DNA of 48,024 nt, the filler included, from Jimgerdemannia flammicorona (taxonomy: Eukaryota), in assembly GCA_003990765.1 (NCBI GenBank). It is 2 parts of 2 records of this genome, joined end to end, with 100 filler letters (N's around TTAATTAATTAA, not from the genome) between each part and the next. Parts side by side here need not be neighbours in the genome. Positions count along the whole stretch, not along the records: positions 24,065 to 48,024 come from RBNJ01001041.1; 1 more part is not named here. One strand, 5' to 3'. The position numbers and the translations under genes are program-made. Each line of letters opens with the position of its first letter. Position 1 is the stretch's first letter. Under the pieces are notes generated by a model, which saw nothing but the letters and a program-made list of their open reading frames with translations, was not told where the DNA came from and ran no database searches. Positions 25,391-37,600 of the stretch are shown here, piece after piece.

Positions 25391-27437
25391 CAAGATGGTC
25401 TATGTCATAGTGGATGATATATGAGCTACCTCCCTTGGCAAAATCCAAGAAGTCCCCATCAAAATAGAAGAAGCTACTACCCCAGTAGATGTGATTGTTA
25501 CAAGCACCACCAACTATGACATCCTCATTGACAACCAATAACTTCACAAGACCAAGGCCATCATTGACCTCAATGCCCAGAAAATGCAGATCAACTATAG
25601 AGGAAGAAAGGTATAAGTTTCTATCAATATCCACAAAGGAGTCCTATTAGACATAAAGAAAGGAGATGAAGAGGATATAGAAGTCTTCATATACTCAGTG
25701 AACAAGAATAAGAATAAGAACAAGACACCCAAGCTTACAGATGAGCAGTAGTACAACAAAATCATTGATGGCTATACCCCTCAAGAAAGATGCCCCTATG
25801 GTACTAGGATGTACTGCTCTGAACACCTGAATGACTGCTAGTCCTGTATCAGTGAAGTCAGAAAAATCTGTCAACAGAAACATAAGTAAGAAGCTGCTGA
25901 AGTAAAAAGGAAAGCTGAAGAAGATGACTAGCCCCCCAAGCTTCAAGCTGATAGTGATAATAAGAAAGAACAAGAATCAGACATCACCCTCAAGGTCAAG
26001 AAGTTTCATCCCCAAAGCCAAGATCCCAGAATATAAGACTGAAGGAGCCATAGGAATGGACCTTACCAGCATTTAAGATACTACTCTCAAACCACAGACC
26101 ACTACTCTACTTGGAACTGGAATTGGAGTCAAGTTGCCAGAGAACCATGCCAGAATTATCAAGACTAGGAGCAGTCTGGCCAAAAGCAAAATCTCAGTTG
26201 AAGGAGAAGTAATTGACCCTGATTACACTGGTGAGATCTTCCTCATAGTCAGGAATCACAACCCTACCATCTCATTTGAAGTCAAGAAATATAACAGAAT
26301 TGGCCAGATGCTGATCTATAAAATTAAGAAGCCTAAGATCACTGAAGTCATCAAACTCATCAAGACCAAGAGAGAAGAACAAGGCTTTAGATCTACTGGA
26401 AGAGAAGCCTATGCTACTACCAAGATTACTGAACTTGAGCATAAGAAAGACAGGGATCAGAATAAGTACACATATACTATTGGAGAAAACTTTTCCCTAG
26501 AAGAACAACTTTTCAAGATCCTGCACCAGAATGAAGGAGTACTTACTACAGACTTCAGGGATATCCATAATCAAGAACCCAAGTACTACTATAAAGTTAA
26601 TACTGGTGATACCAAGTCCATCTACCAGAAAGCCAGACCTATACCACTTGCCTATAGAGAATGGCTGTAAGCAGAACTCAAGGAAATGAAAGAAGCTAAA
26701 ATCATCAAGCAAGCTATTAGTCTCTGGGCTTCACCCATTGTCCTTGCTCTGAAGAAAGAAAGTAAGTCTGGAGAGTTTGCACCAAGACTCTGCATTAACT
26801 ATAGGAAGCTCAATATAATTACCAAGAAGGATAGACAGCTCTTGCCAAATATTCAAGAAATCCTTACCACTCTTGGAAGCAAAACTAAATACTACACTAC
26901 CTTGGATCTATTCTCAGACTTCTATCAGATTGGTCTCACTCAAGATGCCAGTGAGAAATCAGCCTTCATCACACCTGATGTCACCTATATCTACCTATGA
27001 ATGCTATTTGGAATGTGCAATGCCCCAGCAAGTTTTCAGTGAATGATGAATAGAGTCTTCAGTAATGAGATTGGAAAATAGCTCTTTATCTATATTGATG
27101 ATGTGATCATCTTTAGCAATACTGCACAGGAACATGTCAACCACATATAGCTAGCTCTCAAGAAGCTCAAGGAGTATGGCCTCTACATCAAGCCCAAGAA
27201 ATACAAGTTTGCAGCTCAAGAAATTGTCTACCTAGGACACCTCATCAACCAGACCAGAATTCACACAGACTCCACAAAGATTGAGGCTATTGTAGCCTAC
27301 CTGAGACTCAAAACAACCATAGAAGTCTATGTCTTCCTTGGACTGGTCAGCTACTACAGAAGATTCATCAAAGGATACTCTAACATTGCAGCACCTATCT
27401 ATGAGCTACTGAAGAAGGAAATCAAATTCAAATAGAC

Positions 27438-30400
27438 TGTAACATTTTAGCATAGTTTATTTCTTTTCTTCATCTTTCTTCAATATTCTATGACCTTCTG
27501 GTATTTTCCAAATGCTTAGAAATCCTTTTTTGGCACTGAGCATCCTCTGGTACTTATTTAGCTAGTCACTGATTGTTCTGGAAACTTATAGAACTTTATT
27601 TGTCATCATTTGTCATCTTTGCTAAGAACTTTCCTCTTAGCATTTTCCTTTGATTTCTCAGATCCTTCCAGATTCTTCTTTCAGATCTTATATAAATATC
27701 CCCTTTGTTCTTATGAATAAAGTCTCAAAATATTTTCTTTCAGAAATCCTTCGAGAATACTTAAGTCTTTAAGTATCTCTTTGAGCTACTTAGGACTACC
27801 AGAACTAGTCGCTTCCTTATTTAGAAACTAGAACTATTATACTTGGTAGCAGCAGTTAAGTTACACCTAGCCTTATCAAGACACCTCTCAAGATATCAGT
27901 CACAACACTATGGAGGACAATGGGTAGAACCCTTCATACAGTATCTATGGTCTGGGTAATACTTCATACTATCAGCAAGAAGAAGAAGAACAGCAAAACC
28001 CTACTCAGTCAAACAGGGCCATCGAGAGTCTCTTGCAGACTGCACTAGCTCAGATTGCTCAACTTCAAGAATGCATAGAAAGAAAGGAAAGCAAGGCCTC
28101 CACTCATACCTCTGTATCTTCACCAACATCAATATATCCAACAGCAGTCACTATTAAGCCTCAGAAGCCTGACACCTTTGATGGTCAAAGAGGAGGACTA
28201 TCTACTGATGCTTGGCTTTTCCAATTGGAGCAATATGGAGAACTGACCAATTTGGAAGAAGCAACACTAGTCCAATTTGCCGCCATACTCCTCCGAGGGA
28301 ATACTGCAATCTGGTGGCAAAATCATGTCCAGAATACCAGATTCTCTAGCCAAATCAAGATCTGGGGTGAATTCTCTGATGCTATTCAAGGCCAATTCAA
28401 ACCAGTCAATAGCACCAAGGCCATGTGAGACCATCTGGCAAATGTCAAACAACTCAAGTCTGTGCAAGCATACAATACACGATTCCTGTTAATTCTGCTA
28501 GAACTACTACATGTCACTGAAGACAAGAAGGTCAACAAGTACATCTGAGGCCTGAAAGATCAAATCTGAGTTTGTGTTGAACTAGAAGAACCCAAGGACC
28601 TAGATACAGCAATGAAAATTGCTGATAGGTTTGATGTTATTACCTATGGTCATCGCTTTGAACAGAAGAGACCACCTTTCAACAACAACAACTACAGAAG
28701 GGAGGAACCCAAAGTCAGAACTGTTGGACCTGCCCCTATAGACCATAGACCTAGACACCATTGATAAGAACAAGAAAGGCAAGCTTACACCCAAGGAAAA
28801 GGAGTGCCTCAAGAAGGCTGGAGCCTGCTTCTTTTGCCATCAGCCTGGTCACATTGCAACCAAATGTCCCAAGAAAACTACCAAACCAAAGAGGATTCTG
28901 GTCCTGTCCAAAGACACCCAAGGTCAACTAGTTGAATAAGAAGTTATACTCAATTTCATACAAGTCAACCCCAAGGCTCAGATCCCTCAAGTACAATCAG
29001 AAGGAGCTATTGGTTTAGACCTTCAAGCAGGACAACAAGTCACTATTCCAGCATATGAGAGAAGGCTCATTCCAACTGGCCTTTCAGTCAAAATCCCCAA
29101 GGAACATTATGCAAGAATTGCACCAAGATCTGGCCTCAGTTTCAAGCACTCATTGGATGTTGGTGCTGGAGTTATTGACCCTGACTTCTGAGGTGAAATG
29201 CAAGTCCTGCTAGTCAACCACAAGAACCAATCATACACTGTCAATGAAGGTGACAGAATTGCACAGCTCATTCTGGAGCGAGCCACCCTACCAGTCATCC
29301 AACCAAGTAAGATCAGAAATGCTTTGGCAGTACTGACAAAGTTGCAAGCATAGCTGAGAACCAAGCCAATTCAATACTCATTTTCAAAGGTCTAGTCAAG
29401 GGACAAGAGCTAGATATTCTCATAGATAGTGGAGCTGTTGGGAACTTCATCAACAAGAACCTCATCAACAAGCTCAAGATTCTCACCAAACCAGTTAGCA
29501 AGAATGGTGGAGTTGTCACGGCAGATGGCACCACCTTACCAATTGACTCAATTGCCACTAAACTTCCCCTCAAGATCCAGAAGTACTGGAAATGTTTAGA
29601 TTTTGAGGTAGCACCACTAGGAGATCATAACCTGATCCTAGGCAAACCCTGGCTTATACGGCACAACCCTCAGATTGATTGGACCAAGAATGAAGTCACC
29701 TTGATTTAGGATGGAGCCAATATTACCATCAAGCCAGACAAGACTCAGATGAGAACCCCAATTGCTACCCTTTTGGCAATTCAGTTCAAGAAGGCCCTCA
29801 AGAAAGCTACCTGTGCCTTTGTAGCACTGATTCAATCAAAGAAAGAAGACAAGAAGCTATCAATTAGTGAAAGCATCAAGTTACTGCTAAACAAGTACAA
29901 GAATGTCTTCCTGGACAAACTACCAGACCTACCACCATTAAGAGACCATAACCACAAAATCAAGTTGGTACCTGATGCAGCTATACCTAAGAAGAAAATG
30001 TACTACATGTCCCCACTTGAAATTGAAGCAGTCAAGAAGGAACTCAATGAACTCATTGAGCAAGGAGCCATTCAACCAAGCAAGTCACCCTTTGGCTCCC
30101 CAGTCCTATTTGTCAAGAAAAAGGATGATACTCTGCAAATATGCATAGACTATCAAGCACTCAACAAGATCACAGTCAAGAACCATTATCCACTACTGCT
30201 CATAGATCAAATCTTTGATGCTCTCAAGAATGCAAAGTACTTCACTAAGATTGATCTCACCTCTGGGTATCACCAAATTCTAATCAAGCCAGAAGACATA
30301 CCCAAGACTGCCTTCATAACACTCTTTGGACTCTACAAATTCCTAGTCATGGTCTTTGGTCTCACCAATACACCAGCAATCTTTCAAGATCTCATGCAAA

Positions 30401-33400
30401 CTGTCTTCAAGGACCAGCTCTATATCTTTATACTTGTATATATTGATGACATCTTGATCTTCAGTAGTACTGAAGAAGAACACCTCAAGTACATTGAACA
30501 AGTCCTCAAGATCCTCCACAAGAACAAGCTCTACCCAAAGCTCAAGAAATGTGAATTTTTCAAAGATCAAGTCGAATACCTTGGACATATTGTATCAGCC
30601 AAAGGAATTCAAGTAGACCCAAGGAAAATACAAGCCATTGAACAGTGGCCTGTACTAGCAAACCTCACTGAACTCAGGTCCTTCCTTGGTCTGGCTGGAT
30701 ACTACTATCGATTTGTCAAGAACTTCTCTGGCATCACAGAATCTTTGACAAACCTCCTGTGAAAGAAACCTAACTCTAACCTCTATGTCTCCTATATCTG
30801 GGATGCTTTCTGTCAACAAGCTTTTCAAGAACTCAAGAACTGCCTGACCCATGCACCTGTTCTTAGAAATATGGACCCAAACTTGAAGTTTACGGTCACT
30901 ACAGATGCATCTAACTTTGCCATTGGTTCAGTCATTTCTCAAGATAATGATCAAGGACACTGACCTATTGTCTTTGAGTTAAGAAAATTGTCTCCAGCAG
31001 AACAAAAGCTGACTACTCATGAAAAGGAACTTCTGGCAATCATGCATGCCCTCAAGATCTAGTGATACTATCTAGAAGGAGTTGAGTTCAATGTGATCAC
31101 CAATCACAGGTCCCTTCAGTACATCAACACTCAACTAACCCTTTCTCGCCAATAAGCCAAGTGGAGCCAACTACTTCAGACCTTTACCCCAAACATCATC
31201 TATAAGCCTGGCAAAACTCTAGTTGTATCAGATACACTTTTAAGGAGACCTGACCTTGCTGCAATTTTACAAGTCACCATGGCACCTGAATTCCTCAACC
31301 AGATCAAGAAGGCATATGAACAAGACTCTCTGGTTCTACAAAGGAACACTAAGGAATTCAAGAAAAAGTACACCATCAAGGACAATCTCATGTACTATCA
31401 AGATAAAGTATATATTTCTGCCAACTCTGAACTATGGTACAAGATTCTTCACAAACATTATGACTCCCCACTAGCTGGCCATCTTGGAACTGAGAAGACC
31501 ATCAAGAATATTCAACGAGACTACTACTGACCAAACATACTCAAGGAAATCAAGGAGTATGTCCAAAGTTGCAATCTTTGCCAAAGAAACAAGTCAAGCA
31601 ACCAAGCACCTGCCGGTCTTCTGCAACCTCTGCTAATTCCAACCAAGAGGTTCAAACAAGTCACAATAGACTTCATTGTGCAACTCCTATGAACCAAAAC
31701 AGGCTATGATGCTATTGTTGTGTTTGTGGACTATCTCACCAAGATTACAATTGCCAAGCCAACCACAACCAATGCCACTGCCCCAGAAATTGCAAGAATC
31801 TTCTTCAAGACTGTCTTCCACCATTATGAACTTCCCTGAGTAATTATCAACAACTGTGACCCCAAGTTCACAAGTCACTTCTGGTAAGCACTCTTCAAGA
31901 TCCTTGGAATCCAAATTGCTATGTCCATTACCTTTTATCCTCAAACTGATAGACAGACAGAGCAAATGAACAGAATACTTGAACAAATGCTCAGAAACTA
32001 TATGTCTTATGAGTGAGATGATTGGGATCACTATCTGACCTATGCCAAGTTTATCTACAATAATGCTAACTAATTATCAACTGGCCTTTTCCCATTTCAG
32101 CTACTTCATGGTCAAAAACCTGAGACCCCTGCAAGCCTAGTCCAATTCTAGCAATCCAGTCACACACAAGTCCCCACAGCTCAGAATCTTATCAACAAAA
32201 TGGATTCCCTTCTCAAGATTGTTACTATGAACCTACAAAAGGCTCAGCAATATCAAGCTAAGTATGCAGATAAGAAGTAGTGAGATGTCATATACAACAT
32301 TGGTAATATGGTTCTACTCAAAGCCGACAACATCAAGGCTCAATCTCAAGTCAACTGCCAGTTAGCCAAATTTCAGCCCAAGTACCTTGGACCCTTTGAA
32401 ATCACCAAGCAAGTCTCTACCTGATCTTACCATCTCAACTTGCCAACAACCATGTGTATATACCCAGTATTTCATGTGTCACAACTCAAGGCCTAGAACC
32501 AGTCACCCCCATACCCTGGCCAAATTCTAACACCATCAGCACCAGTCATAGTTAAAGACCACATCGAGTATGAAGTCGAGAAAATCTTAGATAAATATGT
32601 CTGATACTGTCGCACAGAATACCTAGTCAAGTAGATGGGTTACCCTAAATATGATACCATCTGGGAACCTGCTGCCAATCTCAAGAACTCCCAAGATCTC
32701 ATCCAAGAGTTCAAGCAAAAAGGAACTCATTAACTGCTCATGAGGTTCTCCCTTTAGATAGTAGATAACCTACTGTGCTGATCAGGCACATTATGCATCA
32801 GGGCTCTCTAAGGAATACAGTATCAGAAATAAAAGATATAGGAGAACCCTACAAATTCTGCAACCAACAAGGTTCAAACCAGTTCTCATCTGATCAAGAT
32901 GATACTTTGGCCCTCACCTTATACAAGGATGGCCAATCCTTGCCAATGAGTTGGTATATTTAATTTGAAGTTTCTTTTAGTCTTATTGTTTATTATGTGT
33001 AACTTTGAGAATTCAACAAGGACATTGATTCTTAAGAAGGGAGAGATGTAATATTTTAGCATAGTTTATTTCTTTTCTTTGTCTTTCTTCAATATTCTAT
33101 GATCTTCTGGTACTTTCTGAATGTTTAGAAATCCTTTCTTGGTGCTGAGCATCCTCTAGTACTTATTTAGCTAGTCACTGATTGTCCTGGAAACTTGTAG
33201 AACTTTATTTGTCATCATTTGTCATCTTTGCCAAGAACTTTCCTCTTGGCATTTTCCTTTGATTTCTCAGATCCTTTCAGATCCTTCTTTCAGATCTTGT
33301 ATAAATATCCCCTTTGTTTCCATAAATAAAATCTCAGAATATTTTCTCTCAGAAATCCTTTGAGAACACTTGAGTCCTTAAGTATCTCTTTGAGCTACTT

Positions 33401-33450
33401 AGGACTACCAGAACTAGTCGCTTCCTCATTTAGAAACTAGAACCGTTATA
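27438..33450 (+). mobile_element. G5a: full-length chromovirus-type Ty3/Gypsy element (gag-dUTPase-PR-RT-RNaseH-IN-chromodomain), inactivated by stops
   Basis: 404-bp LTRs at 27438-27841 and 33047-33450; TSD TAGAC/TGGAC; PBS TGGTAGCAGC (27844-27853, initiator tRNA-Met-like); PPT before 33047. Motifs: CFFCHQPGHIATKC, IAPRSGLS..GVIDPDF, LIDSGA, YIDD (ORF 29749-30762), EYEVEKILDK..YLVK. Confidence 0.95.
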
Positions 33451-34699
33451 TGGACCAAGGAATGCCAAGAAACCTTCAATGAACTCAAGACCAGATTGAC
33501 CCAAGTACCTATCCTCAGAAGACCAGATTGGAACCTAGAATTCATCCTGCAGACAGATATAAGTGCTATAGGACTTGGAGCAGTCCTAGCTTAGAAGAAA
33601 GATGGACATGAATATGTTATCTCCTATGCAAGCCAAGATATCTGCAGAGCAGAACAGAACTATGAGTTATGTAAGCTTAAATGCTTAGCAGTAGTTTGGG
33701 CAGTAGACAAGTTCCACTACTACCTAGCCAGGAAACACTTTACTATTCAAACAGACCATTCTGCTCTTACCTGGTTATTCTATACTCTGAACCTCAAAGG
33801 AATATATATCAGATAGATCTACAGACTATAAGAGTATGACTGTACTGTCAAGCACTGCTCAGGAAGAACCAACATCAATACTGATACACTCTCAAAGATA
33901 CTCTAAAATACCCCCATCAAGACTATTCAACATAAATAAGGAGTTATACTATAGATTAATTAGCTACCTTGGGCAGCAAAAGATATCCAACCCTGGATAA
34001 TCACTATTATCAACCAGACTTAGAAACAATTTGAACTAGACAACACTACACTTAGAAAAGAAGGAAAGCTAGTAATACCTGAATACAAGAAGTATCAAGT
34101 AATGAAGAAAGTACATGAGCAAGGACACCTAGAAGGAACCAATACATATGACAAGACAAGAAGAACTATATGGTGATCCAAAATGGAAGAAGACTTGTGC
34201 CAATTTGTTAAAGGGTGTGACAAGTGCCAAAAACAGAAACAAGATCAGCAAGACTAGACACTCAGGTCATCAAGAATTGAGTCTATCTCCTTCTACTACA
34301 TTGCAATGGATATCATTGGGCCATTATCAGTAACACTATCAGAAAACTACTATATTATAGTTATGGTAGACCTCTTTACCAAATGGATAGAAGTAGAAGT
34401 ATTACAAGAAGCCAATGCCCTCTCTATAGCTGACTTCCTGTACCAAGAAATCATCTGTTGCTACAAGACACTGAAGTAAATCACAATAGACCATAGTACA
34501 GAATTTGTCAATGGATTCTACAAGATAATGTATCAGAAATACATGATTCAGCACATCAAGACTACCATGTACCACCCTCAAGAAAATGGACAGACAGAGA
34601 GAACCAACAAGACCCTCAAGAACATCCTGGTGAAGATCTCAGAGATATACAAGAATTGGAATAACTACCTCTCAACTGCCCTCTCTATCCTATGAGACA

Positions 34700-37600
34700 T
34701 GTAATGGTTCTAGTTTCTAAATGAGGAAGTGACTAATTCTGGTAGTCCTAAGTAGCTCGAAGAGATACTAAGGATTCAAGTGTTCTTGAAGGATTTCTGA
34801 GAGAAAATATTCTAAGACTTTATTTATGAGAACAAAGGGGATATTTATACAAGATCTGAAAGAAGGATCCAGAAGGATCTGAGAAATCAAAGGAAAATGC
34901 CAAGAGGAAAGTTCTTGGCAAAGATGACAAATGATGACAAATAAAGTTCTACACATTTCCAGGACATTCAGTGACTAACTAAATAAGTACTAGTTAATGC
35001 TCAGTGCCAAGAAAGGATTTCTAAGCATTCAGAAAGTACCAGAAGGTCATAGAACATTGAAGAAAGACAAAGAAAAGAAATAAACTATACTAAAATATTA
35101 CATCTCCCCCTTCTTAAGAATCAACATCCTCATTGAATTCTCAAAGTTACACATAATAAACAATAAGACTAAAAGAAACTTCAAATTAAATATATTGACT
35201 CATTGGCAAGGATTGGCCATCCTTGTATAAGGTGAGGGCCAAAGTATCATCTTGATCGGATGAGAACTGGTTCGAACCTCATTGGTTGCAGAATTTATAG
35301 AGTTCTCCTATATCTCTTGCTTCTGATACTGTATCTCTTAGAGAGCCCTGATGCATAATGTGCCTGATCAGCACAGTAGGTCATCTACTATCTAAGGGAA
35401 GAACCTCATGGGCAGTCAATGAGTTCCTTTTTGCTCGAACTCTTAGATGAGGTCTTGGGAGTTCTTGAGATTGGTGGCAGGTTCCCAGATGGTATCATAT
35501 TCAGGATAACTCATCTACTTGACTAGGTATTCTGTGTGATGGTATCAGACTCGTTTGTCTAAGATTTTCTCAACTTCATACTTGATGTGGTCTTCAACTA
35601 TGACTGGTGTTGATAGTATTAGAATTCGGCCAGGGTATAGTGGTGACTGGTTCCAGGCCTTAAGTTGTGATATATAGAATACTGAGTATATATGCATGGT
35701 TGTTGGCAAGTTGAGATGGTAAGACCAGGTAGAGACTTGCTTGGTGATCTCAAAGAGTCCAAGGTACTTGGGCTGGAATTTGGCTGACTGGCAGTTAACT
35801 TGAGATTGAGTCTTGATGTTGTCAGCTTTGAGTAGAACCATATCACTAATATTGTATATGACATCTCATTGCTTCTTATCTGTATACTTAGCTTGATGTT
35901 GCTGAGCCTTTTGCAGGTTCGTAGTGGTGATCTTGAGAAGGGAATCCATTTTGTCGATAAGGTTCTGGGCTGTGGGGACTTGTGTGTGACTGGATTTCTG
36001 GAATTGGACTAGGCTCGCAGGGGTCTTGGGGTTTTGACCGTGAAGTAGCTGGAATGGGGAAAGACCAGTTGATGATTGGATGGCATTATTGTAGATAAAC
36101 TCGGTGTAGGTCAGATAGTGGTCCCAATTATCTTACTCATAAGACATATAGTTTCTGAGCATTTGTTCAGGTATTCTGTTCATTCGCTCTGTCTGTCCAT
36201 TAGTTTGAGAATGGAAGGCAGTGGACATAGTGATTTGGGTTTCAAGGATCTTGAAGAGTACTTGCCAGAAGTGACTTGTGAACTTGGGGTTACAGTCACT
36301 GATAATTACTCAGAGAAGTCCATAATGGTGGAAGACAGTCTTGAAGAAGATTCTTGTAATTTCTGGGGCAGTGGCATTGGTTGTGATTGGCTCGGCGATT
36401 GTAATCTTGGTGAGACAGTCCACAAACACAACAATAGCATCATAGCCTGTTTTGGTTCATGGGAGTTGCACAATGAAGTCCATTGTGACTTGTTTGAACT
36501 TCTTGATTGGAATTGACAAGGGTTGTAGAAGACCAGCAGGTGCTTGGTTGCTTGACTTATTTCTTTGGCAAAGATTGTAGCTTTGGACATACTCCTTGAT
36601 TTCCTTGAGCATGTTTGGCTAGTAGTAGTCTCGTTGGATATTCTTGATGGTCTTCTCAGTTCCAAGATGATCAGCTAGTGGGGAGTCATGATGTTCATGA
36701 AGAATCTTGTACCATAGTTCAGGGTTGGCAGGAATATATACTTTGTCTTGATAGTACACGAGGTTGTCCTTGATGTATACTTTTCCTTAAATTCCTTGGT
36801 ATTCTTTTGTAGAACCAGAGAGTCTTATTCATACACCTTCTTGATCTGGTTGAGGAATTCAGGTGCCACAGTGACTTGTAAAATCATGGCAAGATCAGGT
36901 CTCCTTGAAAGTGCATCTGGTACAACTAAAGTTTTGCCAGGCTTGTAGATGATGTTTGGGGTGAAGATCTGAAATAGTTGACTCTACTTGGCTTGTTGGC
37001 GAGAAAGGGTTGGTTGAGTGTTGATGTACTGAAGGGATCTGTGATCAGTGATCATGTTGAACTCAACTCCTTCTAAATAGTGTCACCAGATCTTGAGGGC
37101 ATGCATGATTGCCAGGAGTTCCTTTTCATGAGTAGCCAACTTTTGTTCTGCTGGGGACAATTTTCTTAACTCAAAGACAATAGGTCAGTATCCTTGACTA
37201 TCATCTTGAGAAATGACTGCACCAATGGCAAAGTTAGATGCATCTGTAGTGACCGTGAACTTCAAGTTTGGGTCCATGTTTCTAAGAACAAGTGCATGGG
37301 TCAGGCAGTTCTTGAGTTCTTGAAAGGCTTGTTGACAGAAGGTATCCCAGATGTAGGGGACATAGAGGTCAGAGTTGGGTTCCTTTCGCAGGAGGTTTGT
37401 CAAAGATTCTGTGATGCCAGAGAAGTTCTTGACAAATCGACAGTAGTATCCAGCCAGACCAAGGAAGGACCTGAGTTCAGTGAGGTTTGCTGGTATAGGC
37501 CACTGTTCAATGGCTTGTATTTTCCTTGGGTCTACTTGAATTCCTTTGGCTGATACAATGTGTCCAAGATATTCGACTTGATCCTTAAAAAATTCACATT

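Noticed and set aside
20680..25620. G2 and G4 as two halves of one element split by G3 and the LINE
   Set aside because: Both contain the same protease C-terminal segment (20680-20889 vs 25391-25600) in diverged form, and an artificial gap lies between them.
24936..25634. 232-aa minus-strand ORF as a novel gene
   Set aside because: It is a chance fusion of antisense Gypsy protease sequence with LINE ORF2 across the junction at ~25390.
35206..35280. tRNA gene suggested by TGGCC...AAGG...GGTTCGAACC
   Set aside because: No T-stem, anticodon arm or acceptor pairing can be formed; kept only as part of the conserved 3' element.
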